A stretch of 64,000 nt of DNA from the human T2T-CHM13v2.0 reference genome, Homo sapiens, in assembly GCF_009914755.1 (NCBI RefSeq), contig NC_060940.1; one strand, written 5' to 3'. Made by a program: the position numbers and the translations under genes. The notes under the pieces were generated by a model. The model worked only from the letters and a program-made list of their open reading frames with translations. It was not told the origin of the DNA and searched no databases. This document shows, in pieces, positions 26,615 through 40,070 of this stretch; the first letter of the stretch is position 1; each line of letters opens with the position of its first letter.

Positions 26615-27020
26615 ATGTTAGTTTGCTTTTGACTGCAAGAAAAACCTTGAATCAACTCAATAAATAATGATGACATGTGTAACTAACGTAATAGCAAGTC
26701 CAGAGGTAGAGAAGACACCAGAATGTGTAATTTGGGCAATCATATGTATCATCAAGAATCTTAGTTTAGTTTTGTTTTGTTTTGCTTTGTGTGTGCTCTG
26801 ACAACTTTGTGTTGTTCAATATGATTTATGGATAACTGCAGTTGTTTCATGAAATACATGGAAACACAGCAACATAGAGAGGGTGGAAAATATTGTCTCT
26901 TCTTAATGAGAAAAAAATTCCCTTTTCTTAGTAGAACACTTTTCATTTTCCAAATTCTTTGGTCAGAATTAGGACACGTGCTCATCTCGGAGTCAATTGC
27001 TGGCCTGAGTTGAGGGTACA
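26615..27020 (-). mobile_element. Old MLT1 (J/K/L-like) fragment
   Basis: gttagtttgcttttgactgcaag...aagtccagaggtag...ttggtcagaattaggacacgtgctcatctc. Confidence 0.45.
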
Positions 27021-27813
27021 TAACCTCCCAGGCACTTCAGGGGGACCTCATCAGCCAAGGTAAATTCTTTGGTGAACCATGCATGTGTGTACAAGGACAA
27101 GTCAGAACCCGCAGTAGGGGGAGGGGTTTGCTGTTATAGAAGAGAGGATTGGGCAGAACGCTAACAACAGTGCTGCTTATTATAACCCCCCTTTGACAAA
27201 TGGTGTATCAGAGGCTCACTGTGTTTAACCAACCTGCTCAGAATAACACAGGCAAGGGTTGGAGGAGGTAAAATTGGAAGCCGCACTGTTTGACTCCAAT
27301 GTTGAAGCTTTTAATAAATATTCAATAAAATGGCTTTAAAAACAAAAGGGTTATGAACCTATAGTAATATCAGTGATAATGTATCTTAACTCATTTCTCA
27401 GATATCTTTAATTAGCAATAATTGTTTGCATTTTCCTTCTAGTAATATGCACATAGGAGTGCCAGGAACCTGCTAGACATCGCCTGTGCTTTGCCCTGTA
27501 TTTGGAAGCCCATTGGGAAATTTGAAAAGGTCTGAGAAGAATCATCCCGTCTGTTAAGTGATAATTTGAGAAGAAAGAAACATCGTCCTTGAAGTGCAGA
27601 GAGTTGCTTCTCTCTTGACACCTTAGAGGCAAGTCCAGGGAGCAGAATTAAGTGACAGTAAAAGGAAAAGATCACATGTATCACAGGAATGAGAAATCCT
27701 TATGGCTAAGTCAGCTTTCCACAGTTAGGCTACACTTTGATGTTGGCAAAAGTTTCCCTAGTGGGAGAGACATAGGGAAAAGGGCAGAGGAATAAAGAGA
27801 CAGCTTCACTTAC

Positions 27814-27938
27814 CCAGTCTAAGTAAAGAGGTGAACAGTTCATCCATCTAATATTTAATATGGGCTTCTCTTGTGAAGAGGTGGAAATGCATTTATTAAA
27901 GTCTGCATAAGCAGTTGAGTTATAGCCTCCAAAATAAA
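27814..27938 (-). other. Candidate 125-nt internal exon, transcript unknown
   Basis: Minus strand reads tttcttttcctttatttcttccag|TTTATTTTGG...GACTGG|gtaagtg, in non-repeat DNA. Confidence 0.35.
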
Positions 27939-28083
27939 CTGGAAGAAATAAAGGAAAAGAAACTGACTTACTGAAAAGTTTATAAGCCCTCACAGAGAGC
28001 CAAGCTGCAAACAAGAATCCATGCAGAGCTGAAGGGATGTCTCCGGGGGATTAGTTGCAGAATTGTTTTCTCTAGTGGATGCT

Positions 28084-28500
28084 GTAGTGTATGGACCGAT
28101 TCCTCCATTGATGGCCAAACTACTCATTCCCCCACCTGCTGAGAATCAGAGTGTGGACGGCTGATGACTCATGACTGAGTTCCTTACCAGGAATTAACCT
28201 TGACTGGGCCCAAGTGTATGCTCCCTGTCTGGGTTCAAATTAAAATCCAAAACGTAGTCTATGTGGGAGTACAGATACCCAGTCATCATGTCTCAGTTTG
28301 GGGCAGCTCTGATGGGTCCTCCCAGTTCTAGAACCAGCTGTAGTCTTTATTGTAATGGCATCATAGTTCAGCTTGCCCTTGCCTAATTCTGCTGCCTTCC
28401 TTTCTTCACTGGTGTTCTTTCCCAAACAACTCGTGAATAAATTCCCTGCATGCAAATCTTTGCCTCCAAGTCGGTTTTCTCTGAAACTAGACCTCAGAAA
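28084..28500 (+). mobile_element. LTR16-family solo LTR (ERVL)
   Basis: 3' end aataaattccctgcatgcaaatctttgcctccaagtcggttttctctgaaactagacctcaga is typical of LTR16. Internal AP-1 site atgactcat at 28164-28172. Confidence 0.7.
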
Positions 28501-28519
28501 CTTCAACATAGTGAAACTC

Positions 28520-28626
28520 ATAGTGAAACCTTATCCTTTGTCTGGGACTGATGGTTTCTCTGGCATGTGGGACATTCAGTCCCTAAAGTGGAAGAGACCC
28601 AAGCAAACCGGAATGGTTATTCATTG
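28520..28626 (+). mobile_element. MER81-like hAT MITE
   Basis: tttgtctgggactgatggtttctctggcatgtgggacattcagtccctaaagtggaagagacccaagcaaaccgg resembles MER81. Confidence 0.5.
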
Positions 28627-28656
28627 AACCTCAATGATACAGTTAAAATAGACTGA

Positions 28657-29113
<457 letters not shown>

Positions 29114-29159
29114 TAACCAGCCTTCATAGCTTTTTCTGCTATAAATCCCCCCTATATAC

Positions 29160-29800
29160 TGCTGATAGGGTGAACTTCCTGACTTGAAACTCCAATAGAG
29201 AGTTATCCTCTCACCTCATCAGAGAACCTTGCCATGGTTCTCTAATTCTTCCATTTTGTTCTCTAAGCTGCTTCCAGTGAGATATTTCTGAAGTGGAGTT
29301 GTGATCATGTCCCTGCTTCTTAACACCACGCCACAGCTCTGTTTTACCTTTGGCAGAGTCTGAATTCCTACCCTCAATGTTTATTGAAGACATGACCTCT
29401 TAGCTCTCCAGCTCTTGTGCTTCCACTCCCCTTTTCTCTCCAGCCATCCATGACTACCAAGTTATAGTGCTAGTGATAAGGCTTCCCCTCTTTCAGTCAG
29501 AGCCTTTGTTAGAAAACCCCTTCCTCTCTCCTTTGCCTGACAATTTTCAATGTGATTCATTTTTCCCACTCTGTTTAGATGTGTCATGTCTTCTACTAGG
29601 AAGCCTTACATGGTGCCCCTGGCCACCCTGGTTTGGATTAGATAGCCCTTCTTGTGTGCTCATAGACTCCCACCTGGACTTCCATAGCTGTCTATCACGT
29701 CTCCCTACTTTTAGTGCACACCTTCTCTGGCTTCTATACTGAAGGCAGAAAGTTCTATTCACAATGAGAATCGGATTATATCTCACTTCTTGCCCAATTT
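29160..29800 (+). mobile_element. L2 fragments
   Basis: gatcatgtccctgcttcttaa, tcttctactaggaagcctt and tgaaggcagaaag resemble the L2 3' region. Confidence 0.45.
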
Positions 29801-29816
29801 CACACAACTGTGTTAA

Positions 29817-30179
<363 letters not shown>

Positions 30180-30510
30180 TGGAATTGTTATTTTTAAAGT
30201 GATTTCTATGAGATGCTATGTCTACAGTCTCAGTTTACTTTGCTTCAGCTTTTCTGGCCTTCCTTTACTCCCCAAGACATTTCATGCTTCTCTTGTCACT
30301 GTGCTTCAGATGTGCAGGTGCTCCTAGACAGGTTCTCTCCTCCTGCTCCCTATGCTTCTCCAAAGTCTATTCAAGCACTACCTTTATTTACATCCTTCGG
30401 ATATTCACTTTACATATGTGGCTTTCAGCCTTCTAGTGAAACCTACTCTTATATCCCATACTTCATAGAAACCTGTACTTCCTATGCATAGCTTATATGG
30501 TAGATGTAAT

Positions 30511-30722
30511 TGTCTTAGTTCCGTTTTCTTTTCCTAAATAGACTCTGAGATGGAGATTTATGTGTAAGACTTTTATGGGTGAATATGCTTTCAAGCAAAA
30601 CCTGTGGGTGACTAAAAGAGGTAAGAGTAGACAGTGGAAGTTATCAAACTGTACATAGGCACTACAATCCAACGGTAATATTGGAGTTGGGATGGCTTTT
30701 TCTAATTGTTGTCTTTTGAGAC
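30511..30722 (-). mobile_element. LTR16 fragment, interrupted by the MST provirus
   Basis: tgtcttagttccgttttc...gactctgagatggagattt is the reverse complement of the LTR16 3' end. Confidence 0.6.
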
Positions 30723-32934
30723 TATGTTAGTACATTTTTATGTTACTATAAAGGAATGTCAGAGACTAAGTTATTTATAAATAAAAGATGTTTATGTTGG
30801 CTTACAGTTCTGCATGTTGTACAGGAAGCATAACTCTAGCATCTGCTTCTGGTGAGGGCCTCATGAAGCTTACAGTCATGGCAGAAGGTGAAGAGGAGCC
30901 AGTGTGTCACATGGTGACAGAGGGAGCAAGAAAGAGTGGGGGAAGTGCCACGCTTTTTAAAACAACCAGATCTTATGTGAATGAAGAAAGAGATCTCACT
31001 CATTACCACAGGGAGGGCACCAATCATGAGGGATCTGCCACCATGACCCAAATATCTCCCACGAGGCCCCACCTCCAACCCCAGGAATCAGATTTCAATA
31101 TGACAATTTGGAGGGGAAAAAACACCCAAACTATATCATTATGCCCCTGGCCTCCCAAATCTCATGTCCTTCTCACACTGCGAAATACAATCATCCCATC
31201 CCAACAGTCCTCAAAACTCTTAATGCATTCCAGCATCACTCAAAAGTCCAAAATCCAAAGTCTCATCTGAGACAAGGAAAGTCTCTTCCACTTATGAGCC
31301 TTAAAATGAAAACCAAGTTATTTACTTTCAAGACACAATGGTGGCACAGGCATTAGGTAAATATTCCCATTCTAAAAGGGAGAAATCAGCCTAAAGGAAG
31401 GGGCAACAGGCCTCACACAAGTATGAAACCCAATAGGGCAGTCATTAAATCTTAAAGCTCCAAAATAATCTCTTTTGACTTCGTGTCACATATCCAGGGC
31501 ATACTGATGTAAAGAGTGGGCTCTCAAGGCCTTGGGTACACTTGCCCCTGGGACTTTTCAGGATGTAGCCCTTGTGGTTGTTTTCTCAAGTTGGATTTGA
31601 GTGCCTGTAGGTTTTCTAGGCTAGGATTGCAAGCTGCCAGTGGTTTTACCATTCTCAGGTCTGGAGGGCAGCAGGCCCCTTCCCATAGCTCCACTAGGCA
31701 GTGCTCTGGTGGGGACTCTGTGTAGAGGCTCTGCTCCTGCAGCAGGTTTCTGCCTGAGCACCCAGACTTTCCTGTACATTCTCTGAAATCCGGGTAGAAG
31801 CTGCCAAGCCTTCTTAAATCTCACATTCTGTGCACTTGCAGGCTTAACACCACATGGAAACTGCCAAGGCTTATGGCTAGTACCTTCTGGAGCTGTGGTC
31901 TGAGCTATGCCTGGGGCCCTTTGAACTCTGACTAGAGCCAGAGGGGCCAGGATGTGAGGAGCAGTACCCTGAGGTGGTGCAGGGCAGTGGCACCATGGGC
32001 TTGGCCCCTAAAACCATTCTTTTCTCCTAGTCCTCTAGGCCTGTGATGGGAAGGGCTGCTTCAAAGACTTCTGAAATGCCTTTAAGGCTATTTTTTTCAT
32101 TGTCTTGGATATCAGCACTTGGCTCCCTTTCAGTCATGCTAATTGCTCTAGCAAGTGGTTTTTCCAAAGCCTCCTTTCATTCCTCTCCTGAAAATGCTTT
32201 TTCTTTCTCTACCACATGGCCAGGCTACAAATTTTCCAAACTTTTGCACTGTTTCCCTTTCAATTATAAGTTTCAACTTTAAGTCATTTTTTTGCTCGTA
32301 TATCAGATTATAGATAGTTAGAAGCAGCCAGGCCACATCTTGAATCCTTGCTTCTTAGAAATTTCTTCTGCCAGATACCCTAGGTCATCACTTCTAAGTT
32401 CAATCTTCCATAAATCCCTAGCACACGTTCATAATGTGGTTAAGTTCTTTGCTAGGGCATAAGAAGTATGACCTTTGTTCTAATTCCTAATAAATTACAC
32501 ATTTCTCTCTGAGACTTCATCGGCCTGGCTTTCACTGTCCAATTTCTATCAGTATTTTCGTCACAACCATTTAACCAGTCTCTAAGAAGTTCCAAAAGGT
32601 TTGTTTTGGCTCACAGTTCTGCAGGCTGTATAGGAAGCATGGCACCAGCATCTGCACCTTCTGAGGGCTTCAGGAAGCTTCCAATCATGGCAGAAGGTGA
32701 AGGGGGAGCAGGTGCATCAAATGGTGATAAGGAGCAAAAGAGACAGGGGGTAAGTACCACACACTTTTAAACAACAAGTTCTCATGTAAACTCATTACCA
32801 TGAGGAGAGCACCAAGATATTCATGAGGGGATCCGCCCCTATGACCCAAACACTTCCCACCAGGCCCCACTTCCAACATTGGGGATTAGATTTCAACATG
32901 AGATTTGGATGGAACAAACATCCAAATTATTTCA
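30723..32934 (-). mobile_element. Near full-length MST (MSTA/B) MaLR provirus: LTR 30723-31138, internal 31139-about 32595, truncated LTR about 32596-32934
   Basis: Two similar LTRs in the same orientation flank an MST-int region (cccctggcctcccaaatctcatgtcc...). Perfect 5-bp TSD GAGAC at 30718-22 and 32935-39. Confidence 0.92.
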
Positions 32935-35255
32935 GAGACACCTGTTAGAATTAGAATGGAAATGTCTTTGTGGGGAGAGGGAGATCATTATTCTGACTGT
33001 CAAAAAGGTGGATGCATTTTCTTGGGTATTAACATGTGATACAAGAATATTTATATTTCTGCTTATGAGCATAAGTTTATTTATATGTATACATCTTTAG
33101 TCTCCTTATCCCTATTATTCTAGTTGTTTTCTTTACAGGCCCTTGACCATTGAGCCAAGCTATTAGCCAATGGTTATTAGTTCATATTTATATTCTTTAC
33201 TTTGAGCCACTTATATTTCCAGAAAACATGTGTGACCGGGTGTTTTACCTGAAGGTTAATTCATTGTCAGGATTCATTTCTACAGCTCTTTTTTTAAGGA
33301 ATATGTCCATTGGAGTTTTAGGGTAGCACACACATACTGAGCCAAGTCATCTGTGGCCTAACCCGAATTAGTGGTCTGGTAGTCAGAGGAGAAGTATAAG
33401 AGGATCCTTATGGGCATGAATATTTTCTTGCAAGGCAAAGTTTCTGAATCATCTTCAAGTAAAAAGAAAGTCATATCCTCTAACAAGGAATGGGCCACTT
33501 CTCTGAGCCCAGATATTTCAGAGAGATCTGGGGATTTAAGATTTTATATGTATGGACTCATATATCCCCATCTCCTGTCTCTGGTTTTGCTCCTTCTTAA
33601 TTAGGGCCAGACCACAGTATGGCTAAAATGAAGAATTCAACTTCCACTGGAGTTAAAATACTCTTATATAAGCTCTGGGTCTGAAAACCTTTTTATATCC
33701 TTAGACTTTGAAAAATGAGTCACTTCATGTGCTATCATGATGGTCCATTGGCTTTTACACTTAGATTTTAATTGCTGATTACTCACCCTCAGCTTTAAGC
33801 CAAAAAAGATGGGAACTTATACCCCTCCCCCATCCCATCCCCCCTCCATTAATCAGTATTGAATGTGGGTTACTCCCGTGAAAGGGGCATGACCTTGACT
33901 AAGAGAGCCCTTTCAAGCTGAGAGCAATTGGTGGAGAACGTCAAAGCTGAAAGCTATAGTAACTACCCATACTCCCAACAGCAGGAGAAATGAGTGCCTC
34001 AAATTTTTGCAAGAGGTATGTGGCACACCACAGAATTTATTATATGTGTGTATTTACTGAGCCATGAAACTCAAATACCTAGTATAGTTTTGGCATGCTG
34101 TGAGTGTTTATGGGGGGGGTGAGGGATGGGGAGTATACACATGCATCTGCATTTAACTTTTATCTTATTAATTATCACACTAAACTTCAGTGTTCTTTTG
34201 TTGACCTCCCTTCTCCTGGGCAGCTAAAACTCCTTTTGGGTAGAAATATGCCATGCTTGTCTCAGATTGTTAGGTACAATAGGTACAAAGCATGGTTCTC
34301 ACCATAGCATAGATAATAAATGTCAGTTTCTCAACTGATACATTAAACGGGCTGATGAATGAAGGAGCTTAATGATTCATTAATTCATTCACTTAGGGTC
34401 GTATCTGATGGCCTTTCTAACAATAATACAAGTCTGCTTTTGGTAGCACTACTGATGCTGTGTCCATGAGTTTAAATTCTATATTTTGCTTCTTATAAGG
34501 AGGCCCTAGAATTCATCACAAGGTACATGGGAACATAAAGTTTGGGATGTTGCCAGGACCACATATGACAAGTGAAATCTTAATGTTTCAGTCTCCTGAT
34601 CAGAACTTAAAGGACTCTAGGCTAGCCAGAATTGTAAAATCGGCAAAACGGCAGGCAAGATCAATATCACTTTCTTTCCTATACTTTCTAACCTCCTTGC
34701 AATAAGTCAAGACCTGGTAACTCATCTAAATGATGCAATGTGAGGGTAATTTATTTATATCGCTTTTTGAGAGATGTCTGGGTCAACTTTTCACAAGTCA
34801 TCACTCTTTCTCTTCCCCTGTGTTACATACTGAGAAGAGGCAGGTGTCACAGATTGTGCCACTATAACATGGGCTAGCCTGTGTCAGCCAGGCTCCCTGG
34901 GTGACCGTGTTGAGCAAAACCCCACACTGGCATGCATGGAACATTTAGAGTAAGTGATAAGTAGATTTTATCGTTCTTTGCAAATGAGATTTGGGGTTGT
35001 CAGGAATATAACCTAGATTATCCAGCTTATTATAGAATAGGTAGAAATAAGCATGGACAGCTGAATCAACATGTGAAAAAGAGCTTATAAAGTAATATTT
35101 TGGTAAGACCAGCTTAGTAGAAATGAGTTTTTCTAAAACTGTGAGCAAGAGCCATATTAGCTGAAAAACTACAAAGATGGATGATATCAGAGGGAAGTCT
35201 AAAGGAAAAGGGCCTGCTAAATAAAAATCATAACAGTGTGTAAATAATTGAGTTG

Positions 35256-35256
<1 letters not shown>

Positions 35257-35298
<42 letters not shown>

Positions 35299-35309
35299 AT
35301 CTATGTATC

Positions 35310-35357
<48 letters not shown>

Positions 35358-35361
35358 GTAT

Positions 35362-35413
<52 letters not shown>

Positions 35414-35437
35414 CCTACGTATCTATCTATCTATCTG
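35257..35437. repeat. Complex (TCTA)n/GATA tetranucleotide STR
   Basis: (TCTA)10 TCA TCTA TGTA TCCTA (TCTA)11 TGTA T (TCTA)13 CCTA CGTA (TCTA)3 TCTG. Confidence 0.95.
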
Positions 35438-37049
35438 TGTGTCATCTATCTTTCTATCTTTTGTCATCTATCTCTTGAACCCAAGCATTATAGGGCCAAT
35501 GGTGCACTTGTTCTTAATCTGTGCTCATTATCTTTCTAATTCTCCTTTCCTGCTTCTTAAAATAGTTTTAATATGCTCTTATGAAATTTCATAGCTGCAG
35601 AGGGTCAAATCCACCCCCCAAATGTAGAGCAAGTCATGATTGTCACAGCTTCAAGAAAATCACATTACAAAAAATATGCTACACTTATTCCCATATCAGT
35701 CATACCTTTCCATATGCAGAGTTTGTACGAGGGAGTGAAAATGAGGAGTACCACAGTGACTATGCAACCCAGACACCATTATTGATGTTGCAGAATTAAA
35801 GTCGTCAAGCTATCGTTGCCACCAGCAGTATAATTTTTTAAGGACTTCTAAAAACCTTTTAACTCCTGTCATGGTTCAAGTAGTTGGCAGGGCCTAAATT
35901 TGACTTTGAGCTTCAGATTTGGAAAATCAAGGAATTCAAAGTGAATCTCAGCCAGCTTCCCTTAGCCTCCTCTGACTTTCCCCTCAGACTATAAATGGAT
36001 CCTGTTTTTGAAAGCAAGCCCAGATTTCCTTAAAACATGTTCCAGTCTCTTGAAATTCACTAAGAGTATATTTCAAATGAAGGCTGCGCTTTTCTCTGCC
36101 CCCTGTTTTTGGAGCATCTTCTTTGTAAGCATTCCAATTCCCTTGTATGGGTTAGTGCCACTCTTGCTGAGGACATGTCATGCCCATCATTGCACATTTC
36201 AACCAGACTCCCCAGATGAATTACAGTCGGACTTTCCATTGGCTACATGTCAAAAGCAAGCTACTCAGGGTCAACTTCCTTGAAACGATCTGCCAACTGG
36301 TCTACTGGCCTCCTTAACACAAGTGGAATTACAGGAATCAAAAGAGAGGATGAAGGTCAACATCATGGGCTCCATTTCCTTTCAGGGCATTGCTTTTCAC
36401 ATCCTTCAGAAATCTTTCACACCTTCCATTCTAAATGGAAACTAAGTAGAGATAGATTTACACTGTTAATATACTGACCACTTCATTCATTAGTTCCAAA
36501 GATGCAATCATTCGAACGATTTATAAATACCAACCATTTTCTGTTACTATGATAAGTTTCTTTTGTCTTATTGAAGTGAGATAATTACTTCCTTATATGG
36601 GATATGTACCTCTCTGAATGCTACTGAAAACCATTGCATCTGCTTTTTAAGCAAATACATCCCATTCTTATCTCATATTGAGCTTACATTCACCCAAAAA
36701 AATGCTCTTTGATATTTCATATGAATGGCTGTTCACTCACATCTGGTTCATCTCAAATAGATACTTTTTCCCCCCTAAATGTGTGTTTTGGACTATACAT
36801 TTATCGGTGTTAAATTGGATCACTTCAGCTTGTCAAGATTTGATATTTGTCATGTAGTGTGTTCACTATCCATTCCAACTTCAGTAATCTAAAATATCTA
36901 ATATGTGTACCATTCAAGTCGTTCATCAAAAATGGAAAAGGTTTGAAAACAGAGTCTTTTAGTTTACCAATGGAAATTAGCTTAGAGGGGCATTGGTGCA
37001 CTAATATGTATCCTTTAGATGGCTGGCTATATACCTAATGTTTTTAAAA

Positions 37050-37230
37050 CTTACTTTGTACCAGGCTCTATGATAAAGTATTATTTCATGTTACCCTCAC
37101 AATATTGCAATGAAGGAGGTGTTGTTGCTTTTTTTTTTTTAGTAGATTAGGAAACTGAGGCTAATGGACATAAAGTTACTTTTAGCAAGATCACATAAGC
37201 TAATTAAGGTAAGAATATATTTATCCAGGT
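37050..37230 (-). mobile_element. MIR
   Basis: agattaggaaactgaggct...aagttactt...caagatcacataagct. Confidence 0.65.
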
Positions 37231-37759
37231 TTTTCTCCTACTGCTCCTTGCACTTTACACTCCAGCTGCATCTAATTGCTTATAGTCACTCTCCACTCCG
37301 GGATTTTTTATAACAGTGCTTTGCACATGCTATTCCCATTTTCTGAAGTGCCTTGCACTTTTCATTGTGATTTTTTCAACAACAATCTCCTATTCTGCCT
37401 TCGACACTAAGTTCAAGTGTTTTTTCTTTATCCTTGTAGCAGGAATAAAGCCTATCACTCTGAAGATTGAAAGATATTAATATAATGCCGCAATGCACTA
37501 ACTACAATTTTATTAAATAATGCTTATTATTAGCATCACCACATTTTATGTATACCTCACAGCATTACTTGAGACATTTGCTGTTACCCGTTTTACAGAT
37601 TTTTTTTACAAGACATTGAAGGAACTGTGAAAGGCCATACGGATAATAAGGGAAAGAGACCAATAGTTTTGACAATTAGAGATAGTGCATTAAGTACTAT
37701 AAAGACCACTGAAAAAAAATCCAACTCCTTACCACGGTTTACTGGGCTTTGTATCAACT

Positions 37760-38205
37760 GGGCCATTCCCATCTCTTCTAGTTCAATTCAGACTTGCCTT
37801 CGACCCCTGACTTACAGCACTTAGCCACTGGCCTTCCTAGAATTCTGCAAATAAGCCTAATTGGTTTTCACATTGGGGTTCTCATCCTTGATGCCTCTTC
37901 ATTCTGGTTGTTATAGTTTCTTCCTTTCCTTTCACCTGTGTCTGCTCAGTTGCTAGCTTTCATGAACATTTTAGTTATTTTGTTAATTGCCAAGTAGTAT
38001 CACATCACTCCGTTTAATTTGCTTCACGGCAACCACACGTATCTCATTTACTTATGGTTATGCACTTTATGGTCTGTTTCCTCTCCAAACATGAACGCTC
38101 TGTAAGGACAGGAACCTTGTCAATTTTATTTGCTACCATATGTTGAGGACAATATATAGTATGTAGCAGGTGTCTACTACATTTACATTGAATAAACAAA
38201 GAATA
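37760..38205 (+). mobile_element. L2a-like 3' region
   Basis: atgaacgctctgtaaggacaggaaccttgtcaattttatttgct...ttgaataaacaaagaa. Confidence 0.6.
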
Positions 38206-38281
38206 AGGTGTTAAAGAATCACGGTGGGGCAGGCATCTAAATCTTACAAAGAGCAAGGGAAAGTTTTCTGGGAAGAGGCCA

Positions 38282-38969
<688 letters not shown>

Positions 38970-39037
38970 GGGCATGATTATGCAAAGGTAAAATAAGAAG
39001 GAGTTAACCCAAATCTTGGAGGTGGGAATGCATAAAT

Positions 39038-39252
39038 CACTGGTTTGAAACCATGGGAGATTTTGCTGCCTTTTCTTCTATCCCACATTGTGGAATGTGT
39101 GACAATGTCTGGAGACATTTTTGATTTTTGAAACTTGGAAGGAGTGCTACTGGCATCTACTAGGTATAGTCCAATGATACTGCTGAGTACAGAGGACAGT
39201 CACCCACAGGAAAAATTTATCTGGCCCAATAGTGTCAAGTTTGAGAACCCTG
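39038..39252 (+). mobile_element. MER20 hAT-Charlie DNA transposon
   Basis: caatgtctggagacatttttg...gtgctactggcatcta...tatctggccc...ttgagaaccctg. Confidence 0.8.
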
Positions 39253-39521
39253 AGCAAAGACTGGTGACCTTTCCTCAGCAGTTCTCTACCTCCCCAGCCT
39301 TTAATGTGCATCTCTTCTCGGTGTTTTCTCTCTACTGCTCTCAGTTCTCTCTTGTTGGCCCAGGTGGCTACTTCCACCCCACGACAAATTGAAGTCTTCC
39401 GTAGAGTTTCTGAACTCCAAAGCTTCCTATCTTTCTTGGAAAAGCTGCAATCAATGGTCAGCCTTGCTCTGGCCCAGACTAGTAGATCTTAGAGCTGGAG
39501 AGGGCTGAGGTCACACATTAT

Positions 39522-40070
39522 TGTATTAGTCAGGGTTCTCTAGAGGGACACAACTAACAGGATAAATGTATATAGGAAGGGGAGTTTATTAAGCAAATTG
39601 ACTCACACAATCACAAAGTTAAGTCCCACAATGGGCCTTCTGCAAGTCTAGGAGTCAGGAAGCCAGTCCAAGTCCTAAAACCTCAAAAGTAGGGAAGCTG
39701 ATAGTGCAGCCTTCAGTTTGCAGCCAAAGGCCTGAGAGCCCCTTGCAAACCACTGGTGTAAGTCCAAGAGTCCAATAGCTGAAGAACTTGGAGTCTGATG
39801 TTCAAGGACAGGAATCATCCAGCACGGGAGAAAGATGAAAGCCAGAAGACTCAGGTAGTCTAATATTTCCAAATTCTTTTGCTTGCTTTTTATGCTGGCC
39901 CTGCTGGCAGCTGATTAGATTGTGCCCACCCAGATTGAGGGTGAGTCTGCCTTCCCAGTCTAGTGACTCAAATGGTAACCTCCTTAGGCAACCCCCTCAC
40001 AGACACACTCAGAAACAATACTTTACATCCTTCAATCCAATCAAGTTGACACTCAATATTAACCATCACG
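39522..40070 (-). mobile_element. MLT2A2 solo LTR (HERV-L)
   Basis: tgtattagtcagggttctctagagggac ... gttgacactcaatattaaccatcac. 549 bp. TSD attat / atgat. Confidence 0.9.

Noticed and set aside
30788-31270. 160-aa ORF
   Set aside because: Lies antisense within the MST LTR/internal region and has no recognisable domain.
35253-35594. YLSI-repeat ORFs and other low-complexity ORFs (24077, 26402, 51313, 54966)
   Set aside because: Translations of microsatellites.
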